DNA from: a bacterium
GTDB lineage: Bacteria > Zhuqueibacterota > Zhuqueibacteria > Residuimicrobiales > Krinioviventaceae
DNA length: 64,000 nucleotides
Direction: 5' to 3'
Assembly (NCBI GenBank): GCA_963693055.1
Contig: OY843751.1
Span: forward strand, 4,384,001-4,448,000
This document shows positions 21,127 through 31,898 of this stretch, in pieces (the stretch's first letter is position 1; every line of letters begins with the position of its first letter). The notes under the pieces were generated by a model. The model worked only from the letters and a program-made list of their open reading frames with translations, was not told the origin of the DNA and searched no databases. Made by a program: the position numbers and the translations under genes.

Positions 21127-22371
21127 TTACAGGAACAAAATCCTGCAAATAAAAAGCGCTGCCAAAACGCCCACCACATCCGCAATTAAACCTGCTGCTA
21201 CGGCAAAGCGGGTATTTTTTATATTCACCGCGCCAAAATAGACCGCAATAACATAAAATGTGGTTTCCGTACAGCCGTACAGAGTAGAGCCCAGTTTACC
21301 AATGAACGAATCCGGACCATGGGTTTGCATCAACTCGGTAACCAGTCCCAGCGTTCCGCTGCCGGACAATGGCCGCATCAGCGCAGCAGGCAAAATCTCT
21401 GCAGGCATTCCAATTAAATCCGTTAACGGAGCAAGCATCTTTACCAGTACACTCATCGCACCTGATGCCCGAAACATCCCTACAGCTACAAGTATCGCCA
21501 CCAGATATGGAATAATGCGCACCGCAACCTGGAACCCTTCTTTGGCGCCCTCAATAAACAATTCATAAATGGGAAGCTTTTTAAATATTGCAACAAAGGG
21601 GATCAGTAACAGCAACACCGGTATCACCCAATAAGAAAAAGATGTTATGCCATGCTTAAAGGCCTCAGAGTTCATGATAAACAAAAGCGCCCTGCCAATG
21701 CCGGTAAAATAAATGACTGCCCCAAAACCTGCCAGAACAGCTGCAGCAATAACATAATTCTTTAAAGCACCTATTCCCTTGCCGCTTCCCAGGTGGATGA
21801 ACAGCTTGACTACAAAAATCACTGCAAGTGTAGCCATTAATGATGAAAATATAGTCGTAAATATAATATCAACCGGATTAACGGAATCCAACCCAACCCG
21901 TACACCAATCATAGTCATGGGAATCAATGTGATACTGGCAGTATTGAGCCCCAACAGCATGATCTGCGCATTGGTAGCTGTATCTTTTATCGGATTCAAT
22001 GTCTGCAATTCTTCCATTGCTTTTATGCCGAATGGTGTGGCCGCGTTTCCCAGACCTAGCCAATTCGCGGAAAGATTCAACGTAACCGCGCCAATTGCCG
22101 GATGATCTTGCGGAACATCCGGAAAGAGGAATTTTGCAACAGGCCGAACAAGCCGTGCCAAAAAGCGAATGAATCCCGCTTCTTCAGCGATCTTCATCAT
22201 CCCCAGCCACAGGGTCATAATACCAATCAAATTAAAAGCAATGCCCACAGATGTTTCTGCACTGCTAAGCACCGTGTCTGTCAAAAGTTTCATATTGTGG
22301 GTAAATCCCGCAACTATAACCGCAACCGCAATCAATAAAAGCCAGATATAATTAAGCAAAGTGTTCTCCAT
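21127..22371 (-). CDS. Fused SpmA/SpmB nucleoside-recognition membrane protein
   Basis: GLGNAATPFG, RPLSGSG and TETTFYV motifs. Confidence 0.88.
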   Translation of the reverse strand: MENTLLNYIWLLLIAVAVIVAGFTHNMKLLTDTVLSSAETSVGIAFNLIGIMTLWLGMMKIAEEAGFIRFLARLVRPVAKFLFPDVPQDHPAIGAVTLNLSANWLGLGNAATPFGIKAMEELQTLNPIKDTATNAQIMLLGLNTASITLIPMTMIGVRVGLDSVNPVDIIFTTIFSSLMATLAVIFVVKLFIHLGSGKGIGALKNYVIAAAVLAGFGAVIYFTGIGRALLFIMNSEAFKHGITSFSYWVIPVLLLLIPFVAIFKKLPIYELFIEGAKEGFQVAVRIIPYLVAILVAVGMFRASGAMSVLVKMLAPLTDLIGMPAEILPAALMRPLSGSGTLGLVTELMQTHGPDSFIGKLGSTLYGCTETTFYVIAVYFGAVNIKNTRFAVAAGLIADVVGVLAALFICRILFL

Positions 22372-22495
22372 AATTAATATTTATCCCTATTATAAAAATT
22401 TTTCACAACAAATAAAAATACTTGTTTCCTAATCGTATAGTTTGTAAATTTATTTGATAAAATTACTAAAGCCAATTTAATATGGAGGAAGAAAC

Positions 22496-22684
22496 ATGAA
22501 GGCTGTAGTTGATCCGGATCTCTGCACAGGTTGCGAATTGTGTGTAGATACATGTCCAGAAGTTTTCGAAATGGATGACGATGTAGCAAAAGTTATTGTT
22601 GACCAGGTTCCTGCTGATTCAGAAGATGGTGCACAAGAAGCTGCTGAATCTTGTCCTGCAGAAGCTATTGCTATTGAAGACTAG
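22496..22684 (+). CDS. Single-cluster ferredoxin
   Basis: CTGCELC...CP and ESCPAEAI; acidic; GGAGG RBS. Confidence 0.92.
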   Translation: MKAVVDPDLCTGCELCVDTCPEVFEMDDDVAKVIVDQVPADSEDGAQEAAESCPAEAIAIED

Positions 22685-22714
22685 TAGCACTTTTTATCTT
22701 AATACAAATGTTAT

Positions 22715-22742
22715 GGCTGGCGCTTTGCCAGCCTTTTTTTTT
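22715..22742 (+). terminator. Intrinsic terminator after ferredoxin
   Basis: GGCTGGC-GCTTT-GCCAGCC followed by a T9 tract. Confidence 0.85.
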
Positions 22743-22790
22743 ATAGGTATGCCGATATTGAAACTAAACGCAATCGGATTCCTAAAATCA

Positions 22791-22819
22791 TTGACAATTA
22801 ATCCAGTAATTATTATATT
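22791..22819 (+). promoter_or_regulatory. Sigma70 promoter of the TRAP/sugar-acid operon
   Basis: TTGACA-17 nt-TATATT. Confidence 0.8.
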
Positions 22820-22827
22820 CGTGAATA

Positions 22828-22847
22828 AATTTGAACCGGTTTAAATT
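22828..22847. promoter_or_regulatory. LacI-family operator
   Basis: Palindrome AATTTGAACCGGTTTAAATT with central CG, just downstream of the predicted +1; the operon encodes a LacI regulator. Confidence 0.72.
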
Positions 22848-22866
22848 CAATATATTGGAGGTTAAT

Positions 22867-23856
22867 ATGCATTTCAAGTCTGTCAAGTGGCTTGTAGTAT
22901 TTACAATTTTTATATCTTTACTTTTTATGGGTTGTGGCGGCAGCGGTAAAAAAGTAGTAACTTTGAAAATAGCGCACGGTCTGAACGAACAACACCCGGT
23001 ACACAAAGGTATGGCGTTTATGGCCCAAAAAATCTTTGAACTTTCAGACTCTACCATGGTTATGAAAATTTTCCCCAACGAACAATTGGGTAATGAAAAA
23101 GAATGTATTGAGCAGCTCCAAATCGGTAGTCTGGATATGACCAAAGTATCAAGCAGCGCGCTTGAAAGTTTTGTTCCTGAAATGGGTGTATACGCAATGC
23201 CGTTTCTGTTCCGTGATGAAGCCCACAAATGGGCAGTATTTAACGGACCCATCGGACGCGAACTGTTAGACTCTGGCGAAAGCTCTGGCCTTAAAGGTCT
23301 GGTTTATTACGATGCCGGTGCACGTAGTTTTTACACCACCAAAGCACCTATCCTGAAACCCGAAGACCTCCAGGGTCTCAAAATCCGTACACAGCAGAGC
23401 CCAATGGCTATCAAAATGATCCAGGCTCTGGGTGGTTCAGCTACCCCCATCTCATGGGGCGAGCTCTATACTTCATTACAGCAGGGTGTTGTAGACGGTG
23501 CTGAAAACAATGCGCCCAGTTTGTATACCGCAAACCATTACGAAATTGCTAAACATTACAGTCTGGATGAACATACAGCAGTACCCGATGTTGTTCTTAT
23601 CAGCACCATCACATGGAACAAACTTACTCCCGAACAACAGCAGATTGTACAAAAAGCAGCCGAACTATCTGTTGATTACCAACGTAAAGTTTGGAAAGAA
23701 TTTGTTGATTCTTGCCTGAAAGAAATGGAAGAAAAAGGCCTAAAAGTTTACCATCCTGAAAAAGGCCCCTTTATAGAAAAAGGTAAAGAACTTTGGAAAG
23801 AGTTTGACGGCACCAAAATTGGTGATTTAACCAGCAGAATTCTTGAGGTACAATAA
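22867..23856 (+). CDS. dctP: TRAP transporter substrate-binding lipoprotein
   Basis: Start moved to ATG 22867 (GGAGG RBS); lipobox FMGC; GLKIR, WGELYTSLQQGVVDGAEN. Confidence 0.92.
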   Translation: MHFKSVKWLVVFTIFISLLFMGCGGSGKKVVTLKIAHGLNEQHPVHKGMAFMAQKIFELSDSTMVMKIFPNEQLGNEKECIEQLQIGSLDMTKVSSSALESFVPEMGVYAMPFLFRDEAHKWAVFNGPIGRELLDSGESSGLKGLVYYDAGARSFYTTKAPILKPEDLQGLKIRTQQSPMAIKMIQALGGSATPISWGELYTSLQQGVVDGAENNAPSLYTANHYEIAKHYSLDEHTAVPDVVLISTITWNKLTPEQQQIVQKAAELSVDYQRKVWKEFVDSCLKEMEEKGLKVYHPEKGPFIEKGKELWKEFDGTKIGDLTSRILEVQ

Positions 23857-24344
23857 TGCTCTTAAAATTTAAATCAGGTCTAGATAAATCTTTAGAATAT
23901 TTAACAGCAGCGTCGATGGCCATTCTGGTCATCGATGTTACCTGGCAGGTTATTACCCGTTTCATCATGAAAAATCCCAGTTCATGGACTGAAGAACTGG
24001 CAATTTATTTGATGATCTGGGTAGGACTTTTGGGCTCTGCTGTAGCGCTGCATCGTCATGCGCACCTGGGTATTGATTACTTTGTTGGCAAACTTGAGCC
24101 CAAAAAAAGACTTTATACAGAAATTTTTGTATATGCGGTTGTTACATTTTTTGCAGTAACGGTTCTATGTATAGGAGGCGTTAAGCTGGTTTCCCTCACA
24201 CTTATGAAAAACCAGATCTCCCCCGCTTTGGGAATTCAGGTAGGCTATGTATATCTGGCGGTTCCAATTGCCGGATTCTTTATTACTATATATTGCATAG
24301 AATTTTTACTCAATACTTTTAAAACGATAAAAAGCATCAACTGA
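23856..24344 (+). CDS. dctQ: TRAP small permease
   Basis: QVITRF, WTEEL motifs; four TM helices. Confidence 0.9.
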   Translation: MLLKFKSGLDKSLEYLTAASMAILVIDVTWQVITRFIMKNPSSWTEELAIYLMIWVGLLGSAVALHRHAHLGIDYFVGKLEPKKRLYTEIFVYAVVTFFAVTVLCIGGVKLVSLTLMKNQISPALGIQVGYVYLAVPIAGFFITIYCIEFLLNTFKTIKSIN

Positions 24345-24372
24345 ACGAATATCTAAATATACAGGAATATTT

Positions 24373-25671
24373 ATGGACTGGCCCCTAATTACTTTATTAT
24401 TAACATTTTTGATATTACTGGTTTTAAATGTACCTATTGCGTTTTCAATCGGATTGTCCACATTATTCACCATTTTTGCGATCGGCGGACTGCCTGCATT
24501 TCAACTTGTTGCGCATTCCATTACAACGGGTATAGACAGCTTTGCTCTGCTGGCTATTCCCTTTTTCATTCTAGCCGGACAGCTCATGGGACGTGGTGGA
24601 ATTGCTCGCCGTTTAATCGACTTTGCGAATGTGCTGGTTGGTCGATTTCCGGGTGGACTTTCTTATGTGAATATCATGACATGTATGTTCTTTGGTGCAA
24701 TTTCCGGTTCTGCGGTTGCCGCGGTTTCCAGTGTGGGTGGTTTCATGATCCCGCTGATGAACAAAGAGGGTTATGATCGCGACTTTAATGCATCTGTAAC
24801 CATTACTGCTGCTACAACCGGTCTTTTAATTCCACCAAGCAACGTTATGATTGTTTACTCTTTGGCAACCGGTGGTGCGGTTTCTATTGCTGCTATCTTT
24901 TTAGCGGGTTTTCTGCCCGGCATTTTGATGGGTCTTGGCCTTATGGTTGTGAGTGGTTTTATTTCAATCAAAAAAGGTTATGGCAAAGGTGTTACCTTTG
25001 GCTTTAAAGAAAGTATTGTAAAATTCTTTGTTGCAATACCGGCACTGTTTCTGATTGTATTGGTTATGGGTGGTATTCTTGCAGGTATTTTCACTGCAAC
25101 TGAAGCTTCTGCCATTGCTGTGGTTTATGCGTTTTTCCTCTCGGTTTTTGTGTATCGTGAAGTAAAACTCAAAGATCTGCCAGACATCTTTTTGCAATCA
25201 GGTATTACCACAGCCGTGGTTATGCTGCTCATTGGAACATCTATGGCAATGTCTTGGGTACTCGCGTATCAGAGTATTCCACAAGACATTAGTTCGGGCT
25301 TGTTGAGTATTAGCAACAATCCTATCATCATTCTGTTAATCATCAACTTGTTGTTGTTGTTCGTCGGAACATTTATGGACATGACCCCGGCGGTATTGAT
25401 CTTTACACCCATCTTTTTACCCATCGTTATGAATCTGGGTGTACACCCCATTCATTTCGGTATTGTAATGATCATGAACCTTTGTATCGGTATCTGTACT
25501 CCACCGGTAGGCTCTTGTCTTTTTGTAGGATGTGGTATTGCAGAAACCACTATTACCAAAGTAATTCGCCATATATTACCATTCTTCATGGCGATGATTA
25601 TTGTATTGTTCATTGTAACGTATATACCCAAAATATCATTGCTGGTACCAAGTTGGTTCGGCTTTAAATAA
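24373..25671 (+). CDS. dctM: TRAP large permease
   Basis: LAIPFF, ISGS, LIPPS, TATEAS, TPPVG motifs. Confidence 0.93.
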   Translation: MDWPLITLLLTFLILLVLNVPIAFSIGLSTLFTIFAIGGLPAFQLVAHSITTGIDSFALLAIPFFILAGQLMGRGGIARRLIDFANVLVGRFPGGLSYVNIMTCMFFGAISGSAVAAVSSVGGFMIPLMNKEGYDRDFNASVTITAATTGLLIPPSNVMIVYSLATGGAVSIAAIFLAGFLPGILMGLGLMVVSGFISIKKGYGKGVTFGFKESIVKFFVAIPALFLIVLVMGGILAGIFTATEASAIAVVYAFFLSVFVYREVKLKDLPDIFLQSGITTAVVMLLIGTSMAMSWVLAYQSIPQDISSGLLSISNNPIIILLIINLLLLFVGTFMDMTPAVLIFTPIFLPIVMNLGVHPIHFGIVMIMNLCIGICTPPVGSCLFVGCGIAETTITKVIRHILPFFMAMIIVLFIVTYIPKISLLVPSWFGFK

Positions 25672-25691
25672 AAAACTGACTGGTCCCTAAA

Positions 25692-26741
25692 ATGCCAATG
25701 ACTATAGGTGATATTGCAAAATTAGCAGGAGTGTCGCGGGCTACCGTTTCAGGTGTGTTAAATAACAGCCCTACGGTTAGCAAGAAAACACATGAACGGG
25801 TTATGGCGATAATCAAGGAACACAATTATCGTCCAAACGAAGTTGCCCGCGCTCTAGCTCTCAACAAAACAGGAATACTTGGACTGTTGGTAAAAGATGT
25901 ATCTAATCCGCTCTACAGCAAACTTGCCCTGGGTGTTGAAGAAATTTGTGATGAAAATGAATACAATCTGATTATCAGCAACTCTCATGTAGACTGGGAG
26001 CGACAGGTAAAAACAATCAATCTGTTAAAACGCAGACGGGTTGACGGATTAATCATTTTCCCGTTGCAAAAAGGTCATGATCCTGTTCAGATCAAAGACC
26101 TGCAAAAAGACAAGTTCCCATTTGTGCTGCTGGCTGAATTGCCAGGCATTGAAGCGGATCTTGTAAGAGTAGATGATGAAAGTGGTTCGTATCAGGCTAC
26201 ATCGCATCTATTAAAACTCGGTCGCAAACATATCGCCTACATCAGCGGTCCCGATCTTGCTCTTGCCAGTGAACGCCGCTTAAAGGGATATAAAAAAGCA
26301 TTATCACATTATGACGTACCCTTTGATGAAAAAATGATCCGAAAAGGTGGATGGCGTCTTGATGATGGCTATAATGCAGGCCTGGAATTATTGAGCTGTG
26401 ATTTTCAATGTCCGGATGCTGTATTCTGTTATAATGATTCGGTGGCTATCGGATTAATCAGGGCATTTACGGAACGCGGGAAACGTGTTCCCGAAGATGT
26501 TTCAGTAATCGGTTTTGACGACACGGGAGTAGCATCATATTTAGAAACATCTTTGACAACAGTGGCTCAACCCGCAAAGGAAATAGGCCGAAAAGCAACA
26601 GAATTGCTTTTAAAGCGTATCAAAAACCGGAACAAAACAGTTAAACCGCATAAAATTCTGATTAATACACATTTGATGGTACGTGAAACTTGCGGCGCAA
26701 ATTTAAAAGGCAGTGTTAAAGCACAGGTTCCAATAGATTAA
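25692..26741 (+). CDS. LacI-family transcriptional regulator
   Basis: TIGDIAKLAGVSRATVS HTH, YRPN..ARAL, VPEDVSVIGFDD. Confidence 0.94.
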   Translation: MPMTIGDIAKLAGVSRATVSGVLNNSPTVSKKTHERVMAIIKEHNYRPNEVARALALNKTGILGLLVKDVSNPLYSKLALGVEEICDENEYNLIISNSHVDWERQVKTINLLKRRRVDGLIIFPLQKGHDPVQIKDLQKDKFPFVLLAELPGIEADLVRVDDESGSYQATSHLLKLGRKHIAYISGPDLALASERRLKGYKKALSHYDVPFDEKMIRKGGWRLDDGYNAGLELLSCDFQCPDAVFCYNDSVAIGLIRAFTERGKRVPEDVSVIGFDDTGVASYLETSLTTVAQPAKEIGRKATELLLKRIKNRNKTVKPHKILINTHLMVRETCGANLKGSVKAQVPID

Positions 26742-26874
26742 TACTGTTTTGCTTGTTTGACGTTTAATTATCATTCAGTTTTTTAAATTCGGGCTTTATC
26801 GAAAATTAATGAAAACTGAATCGTTTTAAAAATATGTTATTTATATTAACAAATGCAGCAGATCAATCCAAGAT

Positions 26875-27687
26875 TTGTTGCATCCCCGATTAGACTGGAG
26901 GTATTTATTGAGTTACGTAGAAAACATGTTTAGTTTAAAAGGACAGGTTGCCGCCGTTATTGGTGGTGCAGGCGTACTTGCCGGTGAAATGGCTAACGGA
27001 CTGGCAAAAGCCGGTGCGGATGTTGCCATTCTTGACCTAAACCTTGAAAATGCAGAAAAAATGGCAGCGTCTATTCGCGAGCATGGTGTTAAATCCATCG
27101 CAATCAAGGTAGATGCTACATTAAAATCTGATCTTGAAAATGCAGAAGCACAAATTCGCAAAGAACTGGGAACCACCAGCATATTAATCAATGCGCCTGG
27201 TATCAATTCCAGCACCCCGTTTTTTGAAATTACAGAAAACGAATGGGACAAGATTATTCAAGTCAATTTAAAAAGTATTTTTATGGCTTGCCAGATTTTT
27301 GCAAAACAAATGATAGATGACAAGGTCAAAGGCAGCATTATCAATATTTCTTCTGCTTCTTCAGGCCCACCACTCTCCAAAGTTTTCACATATGGCGTAA
27401 GCAAGGCAGGAATAAATAATATGACACAATACCTTGCACGCGAATGGGCTACACAAGGTGTACGTGTAAATGCAATTGCACCCGGATTTTTTCCGGCAGA
27501 ACAAAACCGCAAGATCCTGACCCCGGAACGTACAGAATCCATTATGCGCCATACTCCAATGGACCGTTTTGGTGATGCAGAAGAGTTGGTTGGCGCTACA
27601 ATCTGGTTGTCATCTGAAAAAGCCGCATCTTTTGTTACCGGCGCGCTGATCCGCGTTGATGGTGGCTATACAGCAATGACAATATAA
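26875..27687 (+). CDS. SDR oxidoreductase, D-mannonate oxidoreductase (fructuronate reductase)-like
   Basis: [18 protein letters not shown] (YxxxK), [16 protein letters not shown] signature of this SDR subgroup; start probably a few codons downstream. Confidence 0.78.
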   Translation: MLHPRLDWRYLLSYVENMFSLKGQVAAVIGGAGVLAGEMANGLAKAGADVAILDLNLENAEKMAASIREHGVKSIAIKVDATLKSDLENAEAQIRKELGTTSILINAPGINSSTPFFEITENEWDKIIQVNLKSIFMACQIFAKQMIDDKVKGSIINISSASSGPPLSKVFTYGVSKAGINNMTQYLAREWATQGVRVNAIAPGFFPAEQNRKILTPERTESIMRHTPMDRFGDAEELVGATIWLSSEKAASFVTGALIRVDGGYTAMTI

Positions 27688-27706
27688 TATTAAATTTAAC
27701 ATAAAA

Positions 27707-29185
27707 GTGATAGAGAAGGAGATTTACAATATGAGCAAATGTGATATCGGCCTGATTGGTTTGGCCGTTATGGGCGAAAACTTGATTTTAAATATGGAAA
27801 GCCATGGCTATTCAGTTGCAGTTTTCAACCGTACAACTAAAAAAGTTGATGATTTTATGAACGGTCGCGCCAAAGATAAAAACATCGTTGGCTGTTACAG
27901 TATTGAAGAACTGGTTTCTAACCTGAAAGCTCCTCGACGTGTTATGTTGATGGTTAAAGCCGGTAAACCGGTTGATGATTTTATTGAAATGATCATCCCC
28001 CATTTAGACAAAGGTGATATCATTATCGATGGTGGTAACAGTCATTTCCCGGACACCATTCGTCGCACCCAGTACCTCGAAGAAAAAGGCCTGCAATATA
28101 TCGGTACCGGTGTTTCCGGTGGCGAAGAAGGCGCCCTCAAAGGTCCTTCAATCATGCCCGGTGGTTCACCAGACGCATGGCCGCATGTTAAAGATATTTT
28201 CCAGGATATTTCTGCCAAAGCTATGGGTGGCGAACCTTGCTGTCAATGGGTTGGCAGCGATGGTGCAGGTCACTTTGTAAAAATGGTACACAACGGTATT
28301 GAATATGGTGACATGCAGATGATCTGTGAAGCCTACTCTTTAATGAAAAATGTTCTTGGTTTATCATATGAAGAAATGCACAAAATCTTTGATGAATGGA
28401 ACAAAGGCGAACTGGATAGCTATCTCATCGAAATTACCCGTGATATTATGGCTAAAAAAGATGAAGAAACCGGCAAAGCCATGCCAGAAGTTATTCTTGA
28501 CACTGCTGGCCAAAAAGGTACCGGAAAATGGACCAGTATTGCAGCATTGGATATAGGTATTCCCGCGCAGACTGTAGCCGAAGCTGTATTCGCACGTACC
28601 ATGAGCGCAATCAAAGAAGAACGCGTTGCCGCATCTAAAGAACTCAAAGGACCGGATGTTAAATTTGACGGCAACAAGGAAGAATTTATTGAAATGATTC
28701 GTAAAGCATTGTACGCTTCCAAGATCTGTTCCTACGCTCAGGGATATCAATTGATTAGAGCTGCAGCAGCTGAATACAACTGGGACCTGAAATATGGTGA
28801 AATCGCTCTGATGTGGCGTGAAGGTTGTATCATCCGCGCGCAATTCCTCGGAAAAATCAAAGAAGCTTTTGACAATAACCCTGAATTAGCAAACTTGCTG
28901 CTTGATCCGTACTTTAAAGGTATCATTGAAGATAATCAGAAAGCATGGAGAGCTGTTATTTCCAAAGCTGTTGAAATGGGTATTCCTGTACCTGCTTTCA
29001 GTAGCGCGTTATCTTATTTTGACGGTTACCGCAGTGACAGATTACCCGCTAATTTACTGCAGGCACAACGCGATTATTTTGGCGCTCACACCTACGAACG
29101 TGTTGATAAACCTCGCGGCGAATATTTCCATACAAACTGGACAGGCCGTGGAGGCAGCACATCAGCTTCTACTTATGTAGCCTAG
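27707..29185 (+). CDS. gnd: 6-phosphogluconate dehydrogenase, decarboxylating (paralogue 2)
   Basis: [34 protein letters not shown]. Confidence 0.96.
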   Translation: MIEKEIYNMSKCDIGLIGLAVMGENLILNMESHGYSVAVFNRTTKKVDDFMNGRAKDKNIVGCYSIEELVSNLKAPRRVMLMVKAGKPVDDFIEMIIPHLDKGDIIIDGGNSHFPDTIRRTQYLEEKGLQYIGTGVSGGEEGALKGPSIMPGGSPDAWPHVKDIFQDISAKAMGGEPCCQWVGSDGAGHFVKMVHNGIEYGDMQMICEAYSLMKNVLGLSYEEMHKIFDEWNKGELDSYLIEITRDIMAKKDEETGKAMPEVILDTAGQKGTGKWTSIAALDIGIPAQTVAEAVFARTMSAIKEERVAASKELKGPDVKFDGNKEEFIEMIRKALYASKICSYAQGYQLIRAAAAEYNWDLKYGEIALMWREGCIIRAQFLGKIKEAFDNNPELANLLLDPYFKGIIEDNQKAWRAVISKAVEMGIPVPAFSSALSYFDGYRSDRLPANLLQAQRDYFGAHTYERVDKPRGEYFHTNWTGRGGSTSASTYVA

Positions 29186-29193
29186 TTTTTTTC

Positions 29194-29225
29194 AGACCTT
29201 TGGGTGACAAACCCAAAGGTCTTTT
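29194..29225 (+). terminator. Intra-operonic hairpin (partial terminator or mRNA stabiliser)
   Basis: AGACCTTTGGGT-GACAA-ACCCAAAGGTCT followed by TTT. Confidence 0.6.
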
Positions 29226-29270
29226 ATTACAAAAGAATGATAATATCAATATTATAATTACAGGTATAAA

Positions 29271-30530
29271 ATGGTAACAGGATTCGGTTCTACAGAAAAA
29301 AAGCTCGACGTAAAACAGATACTAGATATCTGTACCGAGGGTTTCAAAAATTATGATTTAGAAAATAAAAAAATTCTTGCGGTAATTCCAGACCATTCAC
29401 GCACAGCTCCCATTGATGTTATGTTTCGTACGGTATATGGATTGCTGGCTGACAAGGTGGAATTGCTGGACTTTATTGTAGCATTGGGTACTCATCCCCC
29501 AATGACGGATGAAGCAATCAACCATCGTGTTGGCATTACCCAGGAAGAAAGAACCACAACCTATCCCAAAGCTCGCTTTTTTAATCATCACTGGAAAGAT
29601 CCCAACCAGCTTGCAGTCATTGGTACACTTTCAGAAGATAAAGTTTCTGAAATTTCAAATGGACTGTTAAAGCAAAAAGTTGACATTACCATCAACAAAA
29701 TGGTGCTGGATTACGATTATATTCTCATCATTGGTCCCACATTTCCGCACGAAGTTGTTGGATTCTCTGGTGGCACCAAATACCTGTTCCCCGGAATTGC
29801 GGGACAGGAAATTATAGACATGTTCCACTGGCTGGGTGCGCTCATTACGAATCCCAAAATTATCGGTACAAAATATACCCCGGTCCGCAAGGTGGTTGAT
29901 GAAGCAGCTAAAATGCTCCCCGTCAAACAAATTTGTGCAAGTCTGGTTGTCAAGGGATACGATCTGGCAGGCTTGTATATTGGTGATCCCAAAAAAGCAT
30001 GGGAAAATGCTTCAGACCTGTCAGACAAACTTCATATTGTATATAAAGACAAACCCTTTCATACGGTACTCTCTTGTGCGCCTGAAATGTATGATGATCT
30101 ATGGACAGGTGGCAAGTGCATGTATAAACTTGAACCTGTGGTTGCTGACGGTGGCGAATTGATCATTTATGCACCACATATCAAAAAAGTCTCTATTACC
30201 CATGGCGAGCACATTGAAAAAATCGGTTATCACGTTAGAGATTATTTTGTAAAACAGATGGAAAAATTTACAGATGTACCAGGTGGTGTAATGGCACATT
30301 CCACGCATGTTCGTGGTATTGGTACTTTTGAAGACGGTGTGGAAAAGCCAAGAATTAAAGTAACTCTTGCAACTCAAATTCCACCAGAGGTCTGTGAAAA
30401 AATCAACATGGGATATCGTGATCCCAATACTATAAATAAAAATGATTTCATGGATCGTGAAGATGAAGGCATTTTATATGTTGCCAAAGCAGGTGAAATG
30501 CTTTACAGACTCAAAGATGATCCATTTTAA
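29271..30530 (+). CDS. LarA-family nickel-pincer racemase/epimerase, candidate mannonate/gluconate 2-epimerase (GntE-like)
   Basis: PDHSR, ALGTH, PHEVVGFSGGTKYLFPG motifs; substrate inferred from context. Confidence 0.8.
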   Translation: MVTGFGSTEKKLDVKQILDICTEGFKNYDLENKKILAVIPDHSRTAPIDVMFRTVYGLLADKVELLDFIVALGTHPPMTDEAINHRVGITQEERTTTYPKARFFNHHWKDPNQLAVIGTLSEDKVSEISNGLLKQKVDITINKMVLDYDYILIIGPTFPHEVVGFSGGTKYLFPGIAGQEIIDMFHWLGALITNPKIIGTKYTPVRKVVDEAAKMLPVKQICASLVVKGYDLAGLYIGDPKKAWENASDLSDKLHIVYKDKPFHTVLSCAPEMYDDLWTGGKCMYKLEPVVADGGELIIYAPHIKKVSITHGEHIEKIGYHVRDYFVKQMEKFTDVPGGVMAHSTHVRGIGTFEDGVEKPRIKVTLATQIPPEVCEKINMGYRDPNTINKNDFMDREDEGILYVAKAGEMLYRLKDDPF

Positions 30531-30570
30531 ACAAGATAGAAAATAAATAGAAATATGTGGAGGATTTGCA

Positions 30571-31860
30571 ATGCCGGCAAATAAAAATGTGGTTGTTGCT
30601 CAATCCGGTGGTCCGTCTCCGGTTATCAATAATACCCTGCGTGGTATTATTGAAACATGTAAAATGTTTCCGGATAAATTTGAAAAAATTTACGGCGGAT
30701 GGCATGGTATTGAAGGTGTGTTAAAAGAAGAATTGTTGGATATCTCTGCCCAAAAAGAAGAAGAAATCAGCTTGCTTCGTAATACCCCCGCTGCAGGTTC
30801 TATCGGTTCCTGCCGCTATAAACTCAAAGCCCATCAGGAAGAAGATTTCGAACGGGTTGTTGAAGTTTTAAAAGCACACAATGTGGGCTATTTTTTCTAT
30901 ATCGGTGGAAACGATTCCATGGATACCGCCAACAAAATCGCCAAACTGGCCCATGAACGGGGTTTGGATTTGATCGCAATAGGTGGATCCAAAACTATTG
31001 ATAACGATGTAGGTGACTCTGAATTTAAACTGATTGATCATACACCCGGTTACGGTAGTGTTGCCAGATACTGGGCATTGAATGTTCAAAACGCAAATGA
31101 AGAAAATCTGGGTTCAAGCCCGGCAGATCCGGTACTCGTTTTACAGGCAATGGGCCGCAAAATCGGTTTTATTCCTGCTGCTGCCCGTCTCGCTGATCCT
31201 AAACGAGAAATGCCTTTGCAGATTTATATGCCAGAATCAGAATTAACACTTGATGAATTGACCGATAATGTAAACGATGAATTAAACAAAAGCGGTCGCT
31301 GCGTTGTGGTTGTAAGTGAAGGTTTGAATGTAGGTGACATTGGCGAAGTTAAAGACTCTTTTGGTCACACCGAATTCAGTTCCAGCATGTTTACTGCTCA
31401 ACAGGTAGTAGTTAACCATCTGAACAAAGTAGGTATCAAAGCCAAAGGTGCCGCGCGCGGCCAGGTTTCGGGTACTGATCAGAGAGATACAATCATCTAT
31501 GCTTCAACTGTTGATCTGGATGAATCATACAAAGTAGGACAAAATTGTGTTGTGATCGCTTTGGAACACGGTTCAGGTTACATGTCTACAATTTTGCGTA
31601 AACCCGGCCTTATTTATAATGTCGATTTTGATAAAGTTCCTCTCGATCTGGTTGCCAATTCAGAAAGAGAATTCCCCAAAGAATGGATTGCAGCAAATAA
31701 ATATGATGTAACCGATGAATTTGTCAAATACGCACGCCCATTGATTGGTGAAGATTGGGTGAGTGTACCCAAAATTAACGGATTGCAACGGTTTGCACGT
31801 TTTGAAAAAATATTTGCCGGACAAAAATTACCCAAATATGTTCCGGAAGGTGAACGTTAA
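30571..31860 (+). CDS. Phosphofructokinase-family protein, PPi-dependent type
   Basis: QSGGPSPVIN, GGNDS (Asp at the phosphoryl-donor position), KTIDND, MGR. Confidence 0.85.
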   Translation: MPANKNVVVAQSGGPSPVINNTLRGIIETCKMFPDKFEKIYGGWHGIEGVLKEELLDISAQKEEEISLLRNTPAAGSIGSCRYKLKAHQEEDFERVVEVLKAHNVGYFFYIGGNDSMDTANKIAKLAHERGLDLIAIGGSKTIDNDVGDSEFKLIDHTPGYGSVARYWALNVQNANEENLGSSPADPVLVLQAMGRKIGFIPAAARLADPKREMPLQIYMPESELTLDELTDNVNDELNKSGRCVVVVSEGLNVGDIGEVKDSFGHTEFSSSMFTAQQVVVNHLNKVGIKAKGAARGQVSGTDQRDTIIYASTVDLDESYKVGQNCVVIALEHGSGYMSTILRKPGLIYNVDFDKVPLDLVANSEREFPKEWIAANKYDVTDEFVKYARPLIGEDWVSVPKINGLQRFARFEKIFAGQKLPKYVPEGER

Positions 31861-31898
31861 GCAGTAATTCTAAACGATAAACAAAAGGAAAAAACCAT